64,000 bases of DNA from Octopus sinensis (lineage: Eukaryota), in assembly GCF_006345805.1 (NCBI RefSeq), contig NC_043000.1, forward strand, positions 149,172,001-149,236,000, given 5' to 3'. Under the pieces are notes generated by a model. That model was given only the letters and a program-made list of their open reading frames with translations. It ran no database searches and was not told where the DNA came from. Shown piece by piece: positions 11,256-24,519 of this stretch (its first letter is position 1; each line of letters starts with the position of its first letter). The position numbers were made by a program, and so were the translations under genes.

Positions 11256-11381
11256 TACTGATCAGAGGTTAATGAATTCACCTACCACAAGAAATTAAAC
11301 ATAGCCTCTTAACTACACAGGCATACCTGAGGCTACATTTCATTTCTTGTGGTAGGTGAATTCATTAACCTCTGATCAGTA
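11256..11381. repeat. 126-nt hairpin: 53-bp arms, outer 40 bp perfect
   Basis: Base-by-base pairing; 3 mismatches near the 20-nt loop. Confidence 0.9.
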
Positions 11382-11597
11382 GTTCTGCATTCTAACCATA
11401 CACACATCACTCAAGTACATGTTTTGTCTGGTCATTGCTGCCTCAGAATCTTTTTCAACAGTGTATGTACTGTCGTTGAAAATAGAGACCTGATATGCTT
11501 ATTTTGAGATCTTAACGAGGCGCTTGTTTTCAGTACCAAACCAGCATGTTGGGCAACTTATATTTCCTTGTGGTTGGTGATCCTATATACTGCCGCC

Positions 11598-11832
11598 ACA
11601 GGGCGGCGAGCTGGCAGAAACATTAGCGCGCCGGGCGAAATGCTTAGCAGTATTTCGTCTGCCGTTACGTTCTGAGTTGAAATTCCGCCGAGGTCGACTT
11701 TGCCTTTCATCCTTTCGGGGTCGATAAATAAAGTACCAGTTTCGCACTGGGGTCGATGTAATTGACTTGGTCCCTTTGTCTGTCCTTGTTTGTCCCCTCT
11801 ATGTTTAGCCCCTTGTGGGTAGTAAAAAGAAA
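11598..11832 (+). mobile_element. SINE family B
   Basis: Consensus match; ATATACTGCCGCCAC on both flanks. Confidence 0.88.
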
Positions 11833-12459
11833 TATATACTGCCGCCACCACCACCACCACTACCATCATCATCATCGTCATCATATGTCTGTTTTCCATG
11901 CTGGCGTGGATTAGATGGCTTCACACGAGCCGGAAAGGCCAAAGGATGCATCCGGTTCCATTGTCCGTTTTGGCTTGATTTCTACAGCTTGATGCCCTTC
12001 CTAAAGCCAACCACTTCACAAAGTGTACGGGGTGCTTTTTACATGGCACCGTCATCAGTGCTTTTTATGTAGCACCAACACCAGTGCTCTTTACCTGGCA
12101 TCAACACCTGACTTCATATCTTACGCTTGACTGGAGCCACTCAACAACTTGGTATTTGTTGTGTCATCAATGCACATTGTCCTATCAAATACATTACAAT
12201 TATTTTTGTGATCATTATTCTTTAGGTCAGCCTTGATACACGTCTTACTTCAGAATTGTATGCCTCAGACTCCTTTATTCAATATGCACTTCCCTTTTGA
12301 AAATAGTAGTGGGTAATTTGAAGGAAATTTGGCTGCTGTTTCTCTACTATATCTAGCAGAGAGAAGCTCTCTTGGCTGACATATCTTTATGATTTTTGTT
12401 TTCAGAGGAGATATCATTTCAACTTTTCTAGATAATAAACTTATAATACAGAAAAAAAG

Positions 12460-12844
12460 GTGGAGGCACAATGGCCCAGTGGTTAGGGCAGCGGACTCGC
12501 AGTAGTAGGATCGCGGTTTCGAATCCCAGACCGGGCGTTGTGAGTGTTTATTGAGCGAAAACACCTAAAGCTCCACGAGGCTCTGGCAGGGATGGTGGTG
12601 ATCCCTGCTGTACTCTTTCACCACAACTTTCTCTCACTCTTACTTCCTGTTTCTGTTGTACCTGTATTTTCAAAGGGCCGGCCTTGACGCTCTCTGTGTC
12701 ATGCTGAATATCCCCGAGAACTACGTTAAGGGTGCACGTGTCTGTGGAGTGCTGAGCCACTTACACGTTAATTTCACGAGCAGGCTGTTCCGTTGGTCGG
12801 ATCAACCGGAACCCTCGTCGTCGTAACCGATGGAGTGCTTCCAC
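12460..12844 (+). mobile_element. SINE family C
   Basis: Reverse complement of 3997-4384; TSD AATACAGAAAAAAA. Confidence 0.88.
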
Positions 12845-12894
12845 AATACAGAAAAAAAAAAAATTATTGCAAAATTATAATACTTATAGGTGCA

Positions 12895-13841
12895 GATATG
12901 GTTGTGTGATAAGAAGTTTGTTTCTCTGCTACGAGATTCTGGGTTCAGTTCCACTGTGTGGCACTTTAGGCAAGTGTCTTGTACTGTAGCTTTGGGCTGA
13001 CCAAGTCATTGAGTGGATTCAGTGGATGGAAACAGACAGAAACCCACTATGTGTGTGCGCGCGCGCGTGTGTGTGTGTGTGTGTGTGTGTGTGAGCATAT
13101 GTGTTTGTGTTTATCCCGCATCACCATTTAACAACTGGTGTTGGTTTGTTTACATCTCCGTAACCTAGTGGTTTGGCAAAAGGTGACTGATAGAATAAGT
13201 ACTAGTCTTAAAATTAAGTACTGAGGTTGATTTATTTGACTAAACTCGTCGATGCAATGTCCCAGCATGGCCACAGTCTGATTACTGAAACAAATACGCT
13301 TATGAACCACATGGTTCAGGGTTCAGTCCCACTGCAGGGCACCTTGGGCAAGTGTCTTCTACTATAGCCTCGGTCCGACCAAAGCCTTGTGAGTGAATTT
13401 GGTAGACGGAAACTGAAAGAAGCCCATCATATATATATATGTATATGTGTGTGTATATGTTTGTGTGTCTGTGTGTCCCCACAACATTGCTTGACAACCA
13501 ATGCTGGTGTGTTTACGTGTCCGTAACCTAGCGGTTCGGCAAAAGACACCGATAGAATAAGTATTAGGCTTACAAAGAATAGGTCCTGGGGTTGATTTGC
13601 TCGACTAAAGGCGGTGCTGCAGCATGGCCACAGTCAAATGACTGAAACAAGTAAAAGAATAAAAGAATATGTACTATGCGTATCAGTGGCTGTGTGGTAA
13701 GTAGCTTGCTAACCAACCACATGGTTCCGGGTTCAGTCCCACTGCATGGCATCTTGGGCAAGTGTCTTCTGCTATAGCCCCGGGCCGGCCAATGCCTTGT
13801 GAGTGGATTTGGTAGACGGAAACTGAAAGAAGCCTGCCGTA

Positions 13842-13898
<57 letters not shown>

Positions 13899-14108
13899 GT
13901 CTGTGTGTCTGTGTTTGTCCTCCTAGCATTGCTTGACAACCGATGCTGGTGTGTTTACGTCCCTGTCACTTAGTGGTTCGGCAAAAGAGACTGATAGAAT
14001 AAGTACTGGGCTTACAAAGAATAAGTCCCGGGGTCGATTTGCTCGACTAAAGGCAGTGCTCCAGCATGGCCGCAGTCAAGTGACTGAAACAAGTAAAAGA
14101 ATAAAAGA
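12895..14108 (+). mobile_element. Three tandem SINE-A copies (12895-13295, 13305-13667, 13686-14108)
   Basis: The family A consensus occurs three times; AAGAATATGTACTAT flanks the third copy. Confidence 0.85.
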
Positions 14109-15360
14109 ATATGTACTATCCACACACACACACATATGTGCATTCACACACATCAAAGAACATACCATATCATAGCATTGCATATGATACTTGACTCCTC
14201 TGTTTGAGAATACAGGGCCCCGTGAAGAATTTTGCACGGTAAGCTATAATCTGGATTAAATACTCACGTTGAAGGTCTGTTGGGCTTACCAAGGCAAAAA
14301 TTGTACACGAAATAAGACAATGGGTGTTAACTTTTGAGAATCTCCAGCTGACGTAGAACTTGAATTTGTGACTAAAAAAAAATACAATAATGGCTATTCC
14401 TAGAAAATGTTTAACCAATGCAAAAATGGTACACATAAAACAATGCGTGGCATCCTTTTTTTTTTTTTCCTTAGTTTTAGAATTACAACTTTTTTTTTGT
14501 TATTTCCTTTTTTTTTTTGTGTGTGTCTGCTTCTTTGCCTTTTCTCATTTTCTCTTTCCCTTTATTGTCTGCTTGCCTGCCTGCCTGCCTGTCTGTCTGT
14601 CTCTTTCTCTTCTGTATCGCTCTCTCTCTCTCTCTCTCCTCTATGTGTCTTTCTCTTTGTCTTTCTTACTCTCCATCCTATTTGTTTCTGAGTGTGTCTT
14701 GCCCTTCTATCATGGCACTGTAGGTTAATTAGTTAGTTAGTTAGTTAATTATTTGGCTCAAAAAGCAAAAAGCAAGGCCATGTAGGGGTACATGGAGTTA
14801 TGTACAGGGTGGTGTTCAAGTCTCATTCTGTTTCTTCTCTCATTATCTGTCTGTCTGTCTGTCTGTCTGTCTCTTCCTCCCTCCCACCCACCGTGCACTT
14901 TGTCATCACATCTGTCTGCATCTGCATGTCTGTTAGTGTATGCGCGTCTCTCTCTTTCTCTCTTTTAGGCTTCTCCTTCCCCACCTTTCTGTCTGTCTTT
15001 GTCACACCCCACCCACCCCATTTACCAATGTCGTCATTTTACTGTTCCAATTTTGTTCTGTTGTATTTTTAAAGAATTTATGCTCCCTGTACCTTTCAGA
15101 GACGAGATGACAGAATGTCTAAGCTATCATATTACCTGGCATGGATCATCAGTTGTTGTTTAGATGTTGGTCAACCATGAGAAGCAGACCTTATTATTTA
15201 ACGGCATTCCAGCCTTGACCAACCTTGCTTTTATTTTCTGAACAAAATATACATTTAAAACTACATGATCTAATATCACTCTTCTTTTTTTAAAACAGTA
15301 GAGTATGATTTAAAAGAGATTTGGGTACTATCTACAGCAGATCATGCAACTTCATACAGA

Positions 15361-15748
15361 GGCACAGGAGTGGCTGTGTGGTAAGAAGCTTGCTTACCCA
15401 CCACATAGTTCCGGGTTCAGTCCCACTGCGTGGCACCTTGGGCAAGTGTCTTCTACTATAGCCTCGGGCTGACCAAAGCCTTGTGAGTGGATTTGGTAGA
15501 CGGAAACTGAAAGAAGCCCGTCATATATATGTATATATATATGTATGTGTGTGTGTTTGTGTCTGTGTTTGTTCCCTGACCATTGCTTGACAACCGATGC
15601 TGGTGTGTTTACGTCCCCGTAACTTAGCAGTTTGGCAAAAGAGACTGATAGAATAAGTACTAGGCTTACAAAGAATAAGTCCTGGGGTCAATTTGCTTGA
15701 CTAAAGGTGGTGCTCCAGTATGGCCGCAGTCAAATGACTGAAACAAAT
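15361..15748 (+). mobile_element. SINE family A
   Basis: Full consensus match. Confidence 0.88.
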
Positions 15749-16017
15749 AAATGGAGGCTGCCCCATTAACTTGAGGCTCATGAATTTGAATTTGATGCTG
15801 GTGTTCCATTGTGATTTGGGGTAGAATATTTTATTTTACTTTGCCTTATTTCACCTACCTGTCAGGAATTGTTATCAAATCACCTGGGAATGTCACCAGC
15901 AATAAATGAGCTAATGAGAGAAGTTCTTTGTGATTGTTCAGCCTGTTAGAAAAAGTAACCAAATCTCCCTCAAATCATACCATCACCTTGAAAAGAGAAC
16001 AACACATTGGATAATAT

Positions 16018-16240
16018 ATATTTCTTTACTACCCACAAGTGGCTACACACAGAGGAGACAAACAAGGACAGACAAATGGATTACGTCGATCTCAGTACGT
16101 AACTGGTACTTAATTTATCGACCCCGGAAGGATGAAAGGCAAAGTCGACCTCGGCGGAATTTGAACTCACAACGTAACGGCAGACGAAATACAGCCACGC
16201 ATTTCACCCAGCGTGCTAACGTTTCTGCCAGCTTGCCGCC
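16018..16240 (-). mobile_element. SINE family B
   Basis: Consensus match; TTGGATAATATATA on both flanks. Confidence 0.88.
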
Positions 16241-16669
16241 TTGGATAATATAGTCCTTGGTATACTGTGCTTGAAAGTAAGATTGGCTGATCTTGATTGG
16301 AATGCCTTTGATCAATCATGCGCAAACTTGCCAGATTTTTTGAATGGTATACCTTATAAAAAGTTACCATGAATCTCTTTACTAGTGCAGCTTGCCTAAT
16401 GATGAACCCTGTCTCATGTACCCTGCTTCTCGTAAAAGGTTGCCCATACCTGCTTTGTTAGAACTAAATGGGGTCAAACAACAACAACAACAACAACCAC
16501 AATCACCAACAATAAACTATTGTCTTATCCCTGAGTGAATTAATCTCTCATTCATTTTATACTATGAAACCAGAGCCTAGCACCGGCTCTCAAGATGCTC
16601 CTTAATGATAAGAAGACCCTTTTCTTTGGGAAAAGTGAGATTTTATATTTCTAATCAAAACAATATCTT

Positions 16670-16990
16670 CATCATCATCATCATTTAATGTCCGCTTTCC
16701 TTGCTAGCATGGATTGGACGATTTGACTGAGGTCTGGCGAACCAGACTCCAATCTGATCTGGCGGAGATTCTACAGCTGGATGCCCTTCCTAATGCCAAC
16801 CACTCCGAGAGTGTAGTGGGTGCTTTTATGTGCCACCGGTACAAGGGCCAGTTTGGTGGTACTGGCAACGGCCATGCCCAAATGGTGCTTTTTATGTGCC
16901 ACCTGCACAGGAACCAGTTCAGCGGCACTGGCGACGACCTCGCTCGAATGTTTCACATGCCACCAGCACAAGTGCTAGTAAGGCGACGTG
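16670..16990 (-). mobile_element. RTE 3'UTR tail-only copy
   Basis: (CAT)n followed by the reverse-complement tail. Confidence 0.85.
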
Positions 16991-17322
16991 GTCACAAGTG
17001 CTAGTAAGGTGACTGTTCAGTTGGAACTGTTTTACATGCAATGCAATGAAATGAATGTCTGCGATCTAATATATTTTTTGAAATGGTTGTGCTATTGACA
17101 TATGATCTCGTGCATTAAAACTTATAGAAATCTATATGTAAGTGTACTGGAAATGGTTGTGCAAGCAAAACAACTACAGTGGTTGTACCTACATGAACTT
17201 ATTTCTACTTTCCACTAAATGTAAGTCTTGTCCAGTCTCAGTTTTGAGTGGGTTTACTAATGCAAAATATATACAGCAATATGTTGGTTGCAAAATGGCA
17301 TGCTACGTGGTATACAAAATCA

Positions 17323-17575
17323 TCATCATCATCATCATCATTGTTTAACGTCCGTTCTCCATGCTGGCATGGGTTGGACGGTTCAGCCGGGGTTTGGGAA
17401 GCCAGGAGGCTGCACCAGGCTCCAGTCTGATCTGGCAGTGTTTCTACAACTGGATGCCTTTTACGTGCCACCGACACAGGGGCCAGGCGACACTGGCAAC
17501 GGTCACGATTGGTTGGTGCTTTTTACATGCCACCAGCATGGAAGCCAGTCAAGGCGGTGCCGGCATCGGTGAGGT
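17323..17575 (-). mobile_element. RTE 3'UTR tail-only copy
   Basis: (CAT)n followed by the reverse-complement tail. Confidence 0.85.
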
Positions 17576-17817
17576 GGCACTGTGAATAAAAAAAAAAAAA
17601 TGTTTAAAAGAATGAACAACATATTTACTGGGTAAGTCACATGTGTAAAAATACACACACACACACACATACATAAAGATTACTTTTGGATGTTACTTAT
17701 GGGAAATGTAAATTATATTCCTATGTGTTCACTGAGTTTTGGTTATTCCAATTTTTAAAAAGGCACTGAGTGATGCTGTTTGTTATGCACTGGGATGTGG
17801 AAAAAGAACATACTCTT

Positions 17818-18212
17818 TACTCTTTTTACTCTTTTACTCGTTCCAGTCATTTGACTGCGGCCATGCTGGAGCACCGCCTTTAATCGAGCAACTCGACCCC
17901 GGGACTTATTCTTTTGTAAGCCCAGTACTTATTCTATCGGTCTCATTTGCCGAACCGCTAAGTAACGGGGGACATAAACACACCAGCATCGGTTGTCAAG
18001 CAAACACAGACACACAAACACACACACATAATACATATATATATATATACATATATACGACAGGCTTCTTTCAGTTTCCATCTACCAAATCCACTCACAA
18101 GGCATTGGTCGGCCCGGGGCTATAGTAGAAGACACTTGCCCAAGGTGCCGCGCAGTGGAACTGAACCCGGAACCATGTGGTTGGTTAGCAAGATACTTAC
18201 CACACAGCCATT
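17818..18212 (-). mobile_element. SINE family A
   Basis: Full consensus match, reverse strand. Confidence 0.88.
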
Positions 18213-18224
18213 GCATGTCAAGCA

Positions 18225-18945
18225 GAGCATACCAGCTTCATTTCTCTAGTCTTTGCATGTCTTCTGCTTTCAGGACTTACATCTCACTACCATGTACCAT
18301 TGTTATTCATACATAGGCATCATACAATCTTCCTCACACTTGGAGAGAGACCTTTGGTTGCCAACAAAGGTAGAAGCTCTCTGAATTTTCTCCATCTTAT
18401 TCATATTCTAGCAATTACATTTTTGGTACATCCTCTGCTGTTGCTAATTATGTCACCTAGGTACCACTTTTTGTGAGTCTCTAGGGCATTTGAGGAAATC
18501 AGTTTCCCTTATATCCTGTAATCTTTATGGCTCTTGTACATCTTCCATATACAAACGCTAATTTTCCTGTTAATCTTTGTACTATTCCACTGCACCTCTT
18601 GTGTGTTCATAGCTTGCACTGGGGATACCAAATGGAATTCCTGCCAACACCTTTCCTACATATTGAGCAGGGTCATTTACCTGAAAGAGATAGGGTCCTG
18701 TCTAATTTCTTGGTTACTAGGACCTTGGTCTTTGCTAAATTAACTTTGAGACCCTTTGATTCCAGATTTTGTTTCCACACCTTGAATTTCTTTTCTAATT
18801 CTGTTACAGATTCTGCTATGAGGGCAAGATCATCAGCATATAACAGTTTCCATGAACTTCCAGTCTTAAATTCTTCTGTTATGGCTTGGAAGATGATGAT
18901 AAATTGGAGGGGGTCAAAGACCGAGCTTTTCTGAACACTTACATG
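18225..18945 (-). mobile_element. Old RTE LINE fragment (RT YADD region + PHD)
   Basis: Track ORF 18673-19071 contains FQAITEEFKTGSSWKLLYADDLALIAE; decayed PCSICRKGVGRNSI downstream. Confidence 0.88.
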
Positions 18946-19307
18946 TACACTAAATTTGTCATTGTACTCATAGCTAACCCATTGTACAATTTTGTACTTC
19001 TTAAATTGACTTGTACATAGAAAAAAGTTTTTTTTTAAAGTTTGTTCCTTCTCAAGCCATGCCTGGCTCATAAGGGCTGGTTTCCCGGTTTCCTTGGTGT
19101 ATAGACGGAAACTGAAAGAAGCCCGTCATATATATGTGTATATATATATATATGTGTATGTGTTTGTCCCCCTAGCTAATCCTATATCAGTTTGGCTGGT
19201 TGCAACCTTTTGACATTTACATTTAGTTCATGCATAATTTTGCTAAATTACAAGAGAATTTATAAATGTACTAAAATTAATTCCAAAGTTTCTTTTTAAT
19301 TATTCAG

Positions 19308-19440
19308 GTTTCTGGATGTCATCGTTAATGATTCTGGTGGAAGAACCTATCTTACGCTTCTTTTTGAATACATTGACCAAGATCTATCCAGTTTTCTTGA
19401 AAAATACCCTTCTCCAAGTTTGGAACAAGATATAATTCGG
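19308..19440 (+). CDS. CDK6: CDK4/6-like kinase, internal exon (subdomains IV-VIa, hinge)
   Basis: ttcag|G...CGG|gtaatt. Translates (R)FLDVIVNDSGGRTYLTLLFEYIDQDLSSFLEKYPSPSLEQDIIR, similar to CDK6 RLFDV...LTLVFEHVDQDLTTYLDKVP...ETIK. 133 nt, phase 2 in, phase 0 out. CDK4 vs CDK6 cannot be resolved; invertebrates usually have one CDK4/6 gene. Confidence 0.93.
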
Positions 19441-19565
19441 GTAATTAACCATATTTCTGAATTTTTTATATTTGAACATTGAAAGGAATGGTGGAAGTAA
19501 ACTGAATCCATTGCCTGCTTGGTTCTTCAGAGTCTTTAGAATCCACTCAGGATTGGTTTAAGGAT

Positions 19566-20135
19566 ATAATAATAATAATATAATAATAATAATAATAAAA
19601 CATTGTGTACAGTGCTCAGGTGCACTACAACTCATCTAAAGTGTATGTATAGTACATAGGGTAATGTACAAGCGTCAGGAAAAGAACAGTGCATGAGTCA
19701 TGACATACACATATGTGTATGAGTATGGAAGGGGGACAATCAGGTGTAGTTTCGGCGGATTTCGGAGAGCATGAGGGCCTTAAAGGATGCAGTGTCATGG
19801 CAGTCAACAACTGATGCAGGCAGTTTATTCCATGCTTCAGCAACTCTGAGCGTGAAGAAATGTTTCCGAAAGTCATGGGAGCTGTGTTGTTTTCTGACTT
19901 TGTAGGCATGTCCACGTGTGTTAGACACATGGAGATCAAAAAGGTGTTCAGTGTTGTTGTTGGTGAGGTGGTTGATAACTTTGTGGGTGTTTACCAAGTC
20001 CATCGCCAGATGCCGGAGCTTCAGTGAGTCCATGCCCAGGGAAACAAGGCGCTCAGAGTATGGTATGTGTCTGATGGAGGGTATGCGTTTGGTTGCACGT
20101 CTCTGGACAGATTCCAGGAGGTCAATGTTCTGATA
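19566..20135 (-). mobile_element. CR1-like LINE 3' end
   Basis: LLESVQRRATK...TRGH..K...RKHFFTLRVAEAWNKLP; (TTA)n tail. Confidence 0.88.
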
Positions 20136-20480
20136 ATATATTTCTGTCCTCCCACTAGTCTCACAAACTCTAAAAAAAGATACAAGCACTGTTTTCCATT
20201 GATTCAGCTATTAAAGAAATTTATCTGAGATTGTAGAGGCGTAGATGAAATGTATTTCAATAACTAATTTTGTATCTCTAGACTCTGGTTTAAAATGTTG
20301 CTTTGATCATCTTTCTTCTCATCCATTTAACAATCATGAAATAAGTATCTATAATATTCTTGTCTTGTGGCTGTGTGGTAAGAAGTTTGTATCCCAGCCA
20401 CGTGGTTCCAAGTTCAATCTCACTACATGACACCTTGGGCAAGTGTCTTCTGCAAGTGGTAGATGGAAACTGAAAGAAGC

Positions 20481-20546
<66 letters not shown>

Positions 20547-20547
20547 G

Positions 20548-20770
20548 AGCTGGCAGAAATGTTAGCACGCCGGGCGAAATGCGTAGCCGTATTTCGTCTG
20601 CCGTTACGTCCTGAGTTCAAATTTCGCCGAGGTCGACTTTGCCTTTCATCCTTTCGGGGTCGATTAACTAAGTACCAGTTACCCACTGGGGTCGATGTAA
20701 TCAACTTAATCCGTTTGTCTGTCCTTGTTTGTCCCCTCTGTGTTTAGCCCCTTGTGGGTAGTAAAGAAAT
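20548..20770 (+). mobile_element. SINE family B
   Basis: Consensus match, within (TA)n. Confidence 0.88.
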
Positions 20771-21024
20771 AATATATATATGTATGTATATATATATATA
20801 TATATAATATAATATATATATATAATATAATATATATATATATATATATGTATACACATATATAGATATAAAATATTAGGTGTTTTTTTTCTAATATTTT
20901 ATATATATATTATATTGTGTGGAATCTGATTTAGTATTTCTAAATTGAATTCTTTACCTTGTAAGTTTGGATTTTGTTCCCTCAAATAATAATTGTTATA
21001 TATATACATACATATATATATATG

Positions 21025-21176
21025 TAAAATTATAATTTAGGGTATCTAAGAGATACTGCCACGCTGGAAATAGCAGCCAAAACTTGACTCTAAAACCAAA
21101 TGTGGTTTTTGAGTCGGGTTTTGGCTGCTATTTCCAGCATGGCTGTATCTCTTGGATACCCTAAATTATAATTTTA
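21025..21176. repeat. 152-nt hairpin: 74-bp arms, 4-nt loop
   Basis: 6 non-Watson-Crick positions, 3 of them G.U on the + strand RNA. Confidence 0.9.
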
Positions 21177-21892
21177 ATAATTATTACCTTTGAAGGTTTT
21201 TTTCCCATGCTGGCCACTTGATAAGATCAATATTTAAAATTAACGATCTTATCCTTATATATATATATATATATAATATATATATATATATCAAAATTGA
21301 GGGAGTGAAACAGGTAAAATCCAGGCTACAAATGTTTCCTAGGTAATAGGTCCTCTGATGTAATAATCACTGAACAAGGAGTACTCATCTAGCTACTCGT
21401 CAGGGGCCGAAGATACCTTAATTATGTGAAGGTTATATTGTCGTTAAGGAATCGCAGGTTAACTCGTCGATGATATAAATTTCAATAAGCTTTTCTGACA
21501 TATCGTTTTCTTATCAATTTTTTTTGTATGCAAGTCGGAATTTACACATTTTTTTTTACAAAATGAATCCCTTTCATTTGTTGAATAATACTCATTATTA
21601 CTTTGTCTATTAATGCAGCGCTTTGGGTTTATCATGCCAAGGGAGATAACTTCAATAGTTTTGGAGTTACCGTTCTTTGTCAATTGTGAACAGACGTTCT
21701 TAAACATGGACAATAAATGATTGTGGTTTTTCTTTGAATTCAAATAATTAAACTAGGTATATAATTATTTGCGTCATCAATCGTTTTAACGACTACGTTT
21801 CCATGCTTGCATGGAAATTTGTCGGAACAAATTTTCTCCGGCCAAATGCTGTAATGTTGCAAGTCAATATTTACCTATGACCAGATATATTT

Positions 21893-22310
21893 ATGTTTCT
21901 TTATTAACCCACAAGGGGCTAAACACAGAGGAGGACAAACAAGGACAGACAAACGGATTAAGTCGATTACATCAACCCCAGTGCGTAACTGGTACTTAAT
22001 TTATCGACCCCGAAAGGATGAAAGGCAAAGTCGACCTCGGTGGAATTTGAACTGAGAACGTAACAGCAGACGAAATACCTATTTCTTTACTACCCACAAG
22101 GGGCTAAGTACAGGGGGGACAAACAAGGACAGACAAACGGATTAAGTTGATTACATCGACTCCAGTGCGTAACTGGTACTTAATTTATCGACCCCGAAAG
22201 GATGAAGGGCAAAGTCGACCTCGGCGGAGTTTGAACTCAGAACATAACGACAGACGAAATATGGCTATGCATTTCAACCGGCATGCTAACGAGTCTGTCA
22301 GCTCGCCGCC
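21893..22310 (-). mobile_element. SINE family B dimer
   Basis: TSD CCTATGACCAGATATATTTAT (21 nt). Confidence 0.88.
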
Positions 22311-22419
22311 TATGACCAGATATATTTATCATGAGACACTGGAAACAAAAAACATCGCTCTTATGACGTGACGCTTGCATACAACCGTCACGTGACTGGG
22401 CACGCACACACACACACAC

Positions 22420-22456
<37 letters not shown>

Positions 22457-22507
22457 CGGGCTTTTCCCACCTATCAAATCCACCGATCAATAATAAATAT
22501 TATATAT

Positions 22508-22774
22508 ACTCTTTTACTTGTTTCAGTCATTTGACAGTGGCCATGCTGGAACACCACCTTTAGTCGACCAAATCAACACCAGGACTTATTCTTTGTAAGC
22601 CTAGTACTTATACTATCGGTCTCTTTTGCCGGACCGCTAAGTTATGGGGAAGTAAACACACTAGCATCAGTTGTCAAGCAATGTTGGGGGGGGGGACAAA
22701 CACAGACACACAAACATATACACACGCAAACATATACTACACACACACACATATATATACGCATATATATACAC

Positions 22775-22817
<43 letters not shown>

Positions 22818-22836
22818 TATATATATATATACCATA

Positions 22837-22891
<55 letters not shown>

Positions 22892-23068
22892 CACATATAT
22901 ATACGACGGGCTTCTTTCAGTTTCCGTCTACCAAATTCACTCACAAGGCTTTGGTCGGCCCGAGGCTATAGTAGAAGATACTTGCCCAAGGTGGCATGCA
23001 GCGGGACTGAACCCGGAGCCATCTGGTTGTTAAGCAAGCTACTTACCACACAGCCACTCCTATGCCTA
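22508..23068 (-). mobile_element. SINE family A with expanded (TA)n
   Basis: Consensus match, reverse strand. Confidence 0.88.
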
Positions 23069-23311
23069 TGTTCATTTAAATATGATTTGTGTTTTACTAT
23101 ATTTAGTGAGTAGGTATCTAGCTATGTTCCTTTTCTTGAATACTTGGACATAATTGTAAAAACATTAGATGAAAATCCATTTGGGAGATTCTGTATGGAC
23201 TTACTAGAAACAACAGTCAAATTGGTACAGCATTACATATCTATAACTGTTTTGTGTGCATGAAAAATGGATGTTAAGTAGTGATGATGATGATGATATG
23301 TATGTATGTAC

Positions 23312-23371
<60 letters not shown>

Positions 23372-23429
23372 CATCATTGTTTAATGTCCATCTTCCATGC
23401 ATGCATGGGTAAGATGGTTGACAGGAACC

Positions 23430-24060
23430 TAGAACTTCAACCTAACCCCAACCTGACACGTCCACACTTCTTCGTCTGGCCGAACCTGTTCTCTCCCTCA
23501 GCTGCTTCTCGTTCGTGATGGAGTTTCACCAACAGGTCTCTTGAGTGGCCCCAAGTAAGTGGACCTATTCATTGGCTACGTTGAGGTCCAGATCTTTTCA
23601 AGATTCACTGGTCCCGCTCCTGAACTATATTGTCATTATATTGATGACTGCATCGGTGTGACCTCGCTCTTCCACAAACAACTAGACTCCTTCCTCTCTT
23701 TTGTCCAATCTTTCCATTCTGCCCTCCACTTCTCTTGCACTATTTCCAACACTTCCGTTGCTTTTCTCAACATTTTGGTCAACATACACCACTCCACTCT
23801 CACCGCCTCCATCCACTACAAACACAGACTCACACTCATACCTCAACTTCTCCTCCCACCCTACCCACACCAAGCTATCCTTCTCCTATTCCCAATTCCT
23901 CCGTCTGCGCAGGCTCTGCAGTGACAACCATGACTTTGAGACTCAGTCTCAACTCATGGCTCGCCACTTCATCTTACATGGATATCTCCTCACCACTATC
24001 CACACCGCCCTTGCCAGAGCACGTTCTGTGGACTGTGTGTCTGCTCCCTCCCCCCCACAC
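23430..24060 (+). mobile_element. Penelope-like element reverse transcriptase fragment
   Basis: LFIGYVE...YCHYIDDCIG...VAFLNI...TDSHSYL..SSHP.HTK....YSQFLRLRRLCS: PLE RT and thumb motifs, frameshifted. Confidence 0.85.
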
Positions 24061-24519
24061 CTGCTGTTACCCTTCTCCTGTTTCTCCTCAACTACCAGTA
24101 ACCCATCCCGCTCAAAAGATCCCTGAATAAGGGTTGTTTAAGGATGTTGAACGAAACACCCATGTTTCCAGAGGTGAATTATCCAAACCTCCAAGAATTC
24201 CTTTCAACACATGGCTATGATGCCCCCGCCACTACTTCTGCTCATGATCAGGGATGCATATATCGTCAGCCACCAAGGGACATGCTCAACTGGTTAAAGT
24301 CAAACAACTGACAAGCAAATCTGTGGTATTGAGCAGAATATTTACTGTAGCCCATCTTTTATACCAAGATAAAACAATCTACATGATAACACTTCCAATT
24401 GGTTAAGATCAGAAGCCGTGAGAGCCACTGTCTGGTACTGCATCAGGGCATACACATTTTATTATTATTGTTATTATTATCATCATCATTATCATTATTA
24501 TCATTATTATTATTATTAA

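Noticed and set aside
12460-12535. tRNA-like sequences at SINE heads
   Set aside because: They continue directly into SINE bodies with TSDs and lack a complete cloverleaf/acceptor stem; not called as tRNA genes.
1789-19307. Search for the N-terminal kinase exon (GxGxYG, VALK, PxSTxRE), including ORFs 2749-2946 and 4411-4665
   Set aside because: No such motifs were found by eye; the exon probably lies upstream of the window. A very short exon could have been missed.
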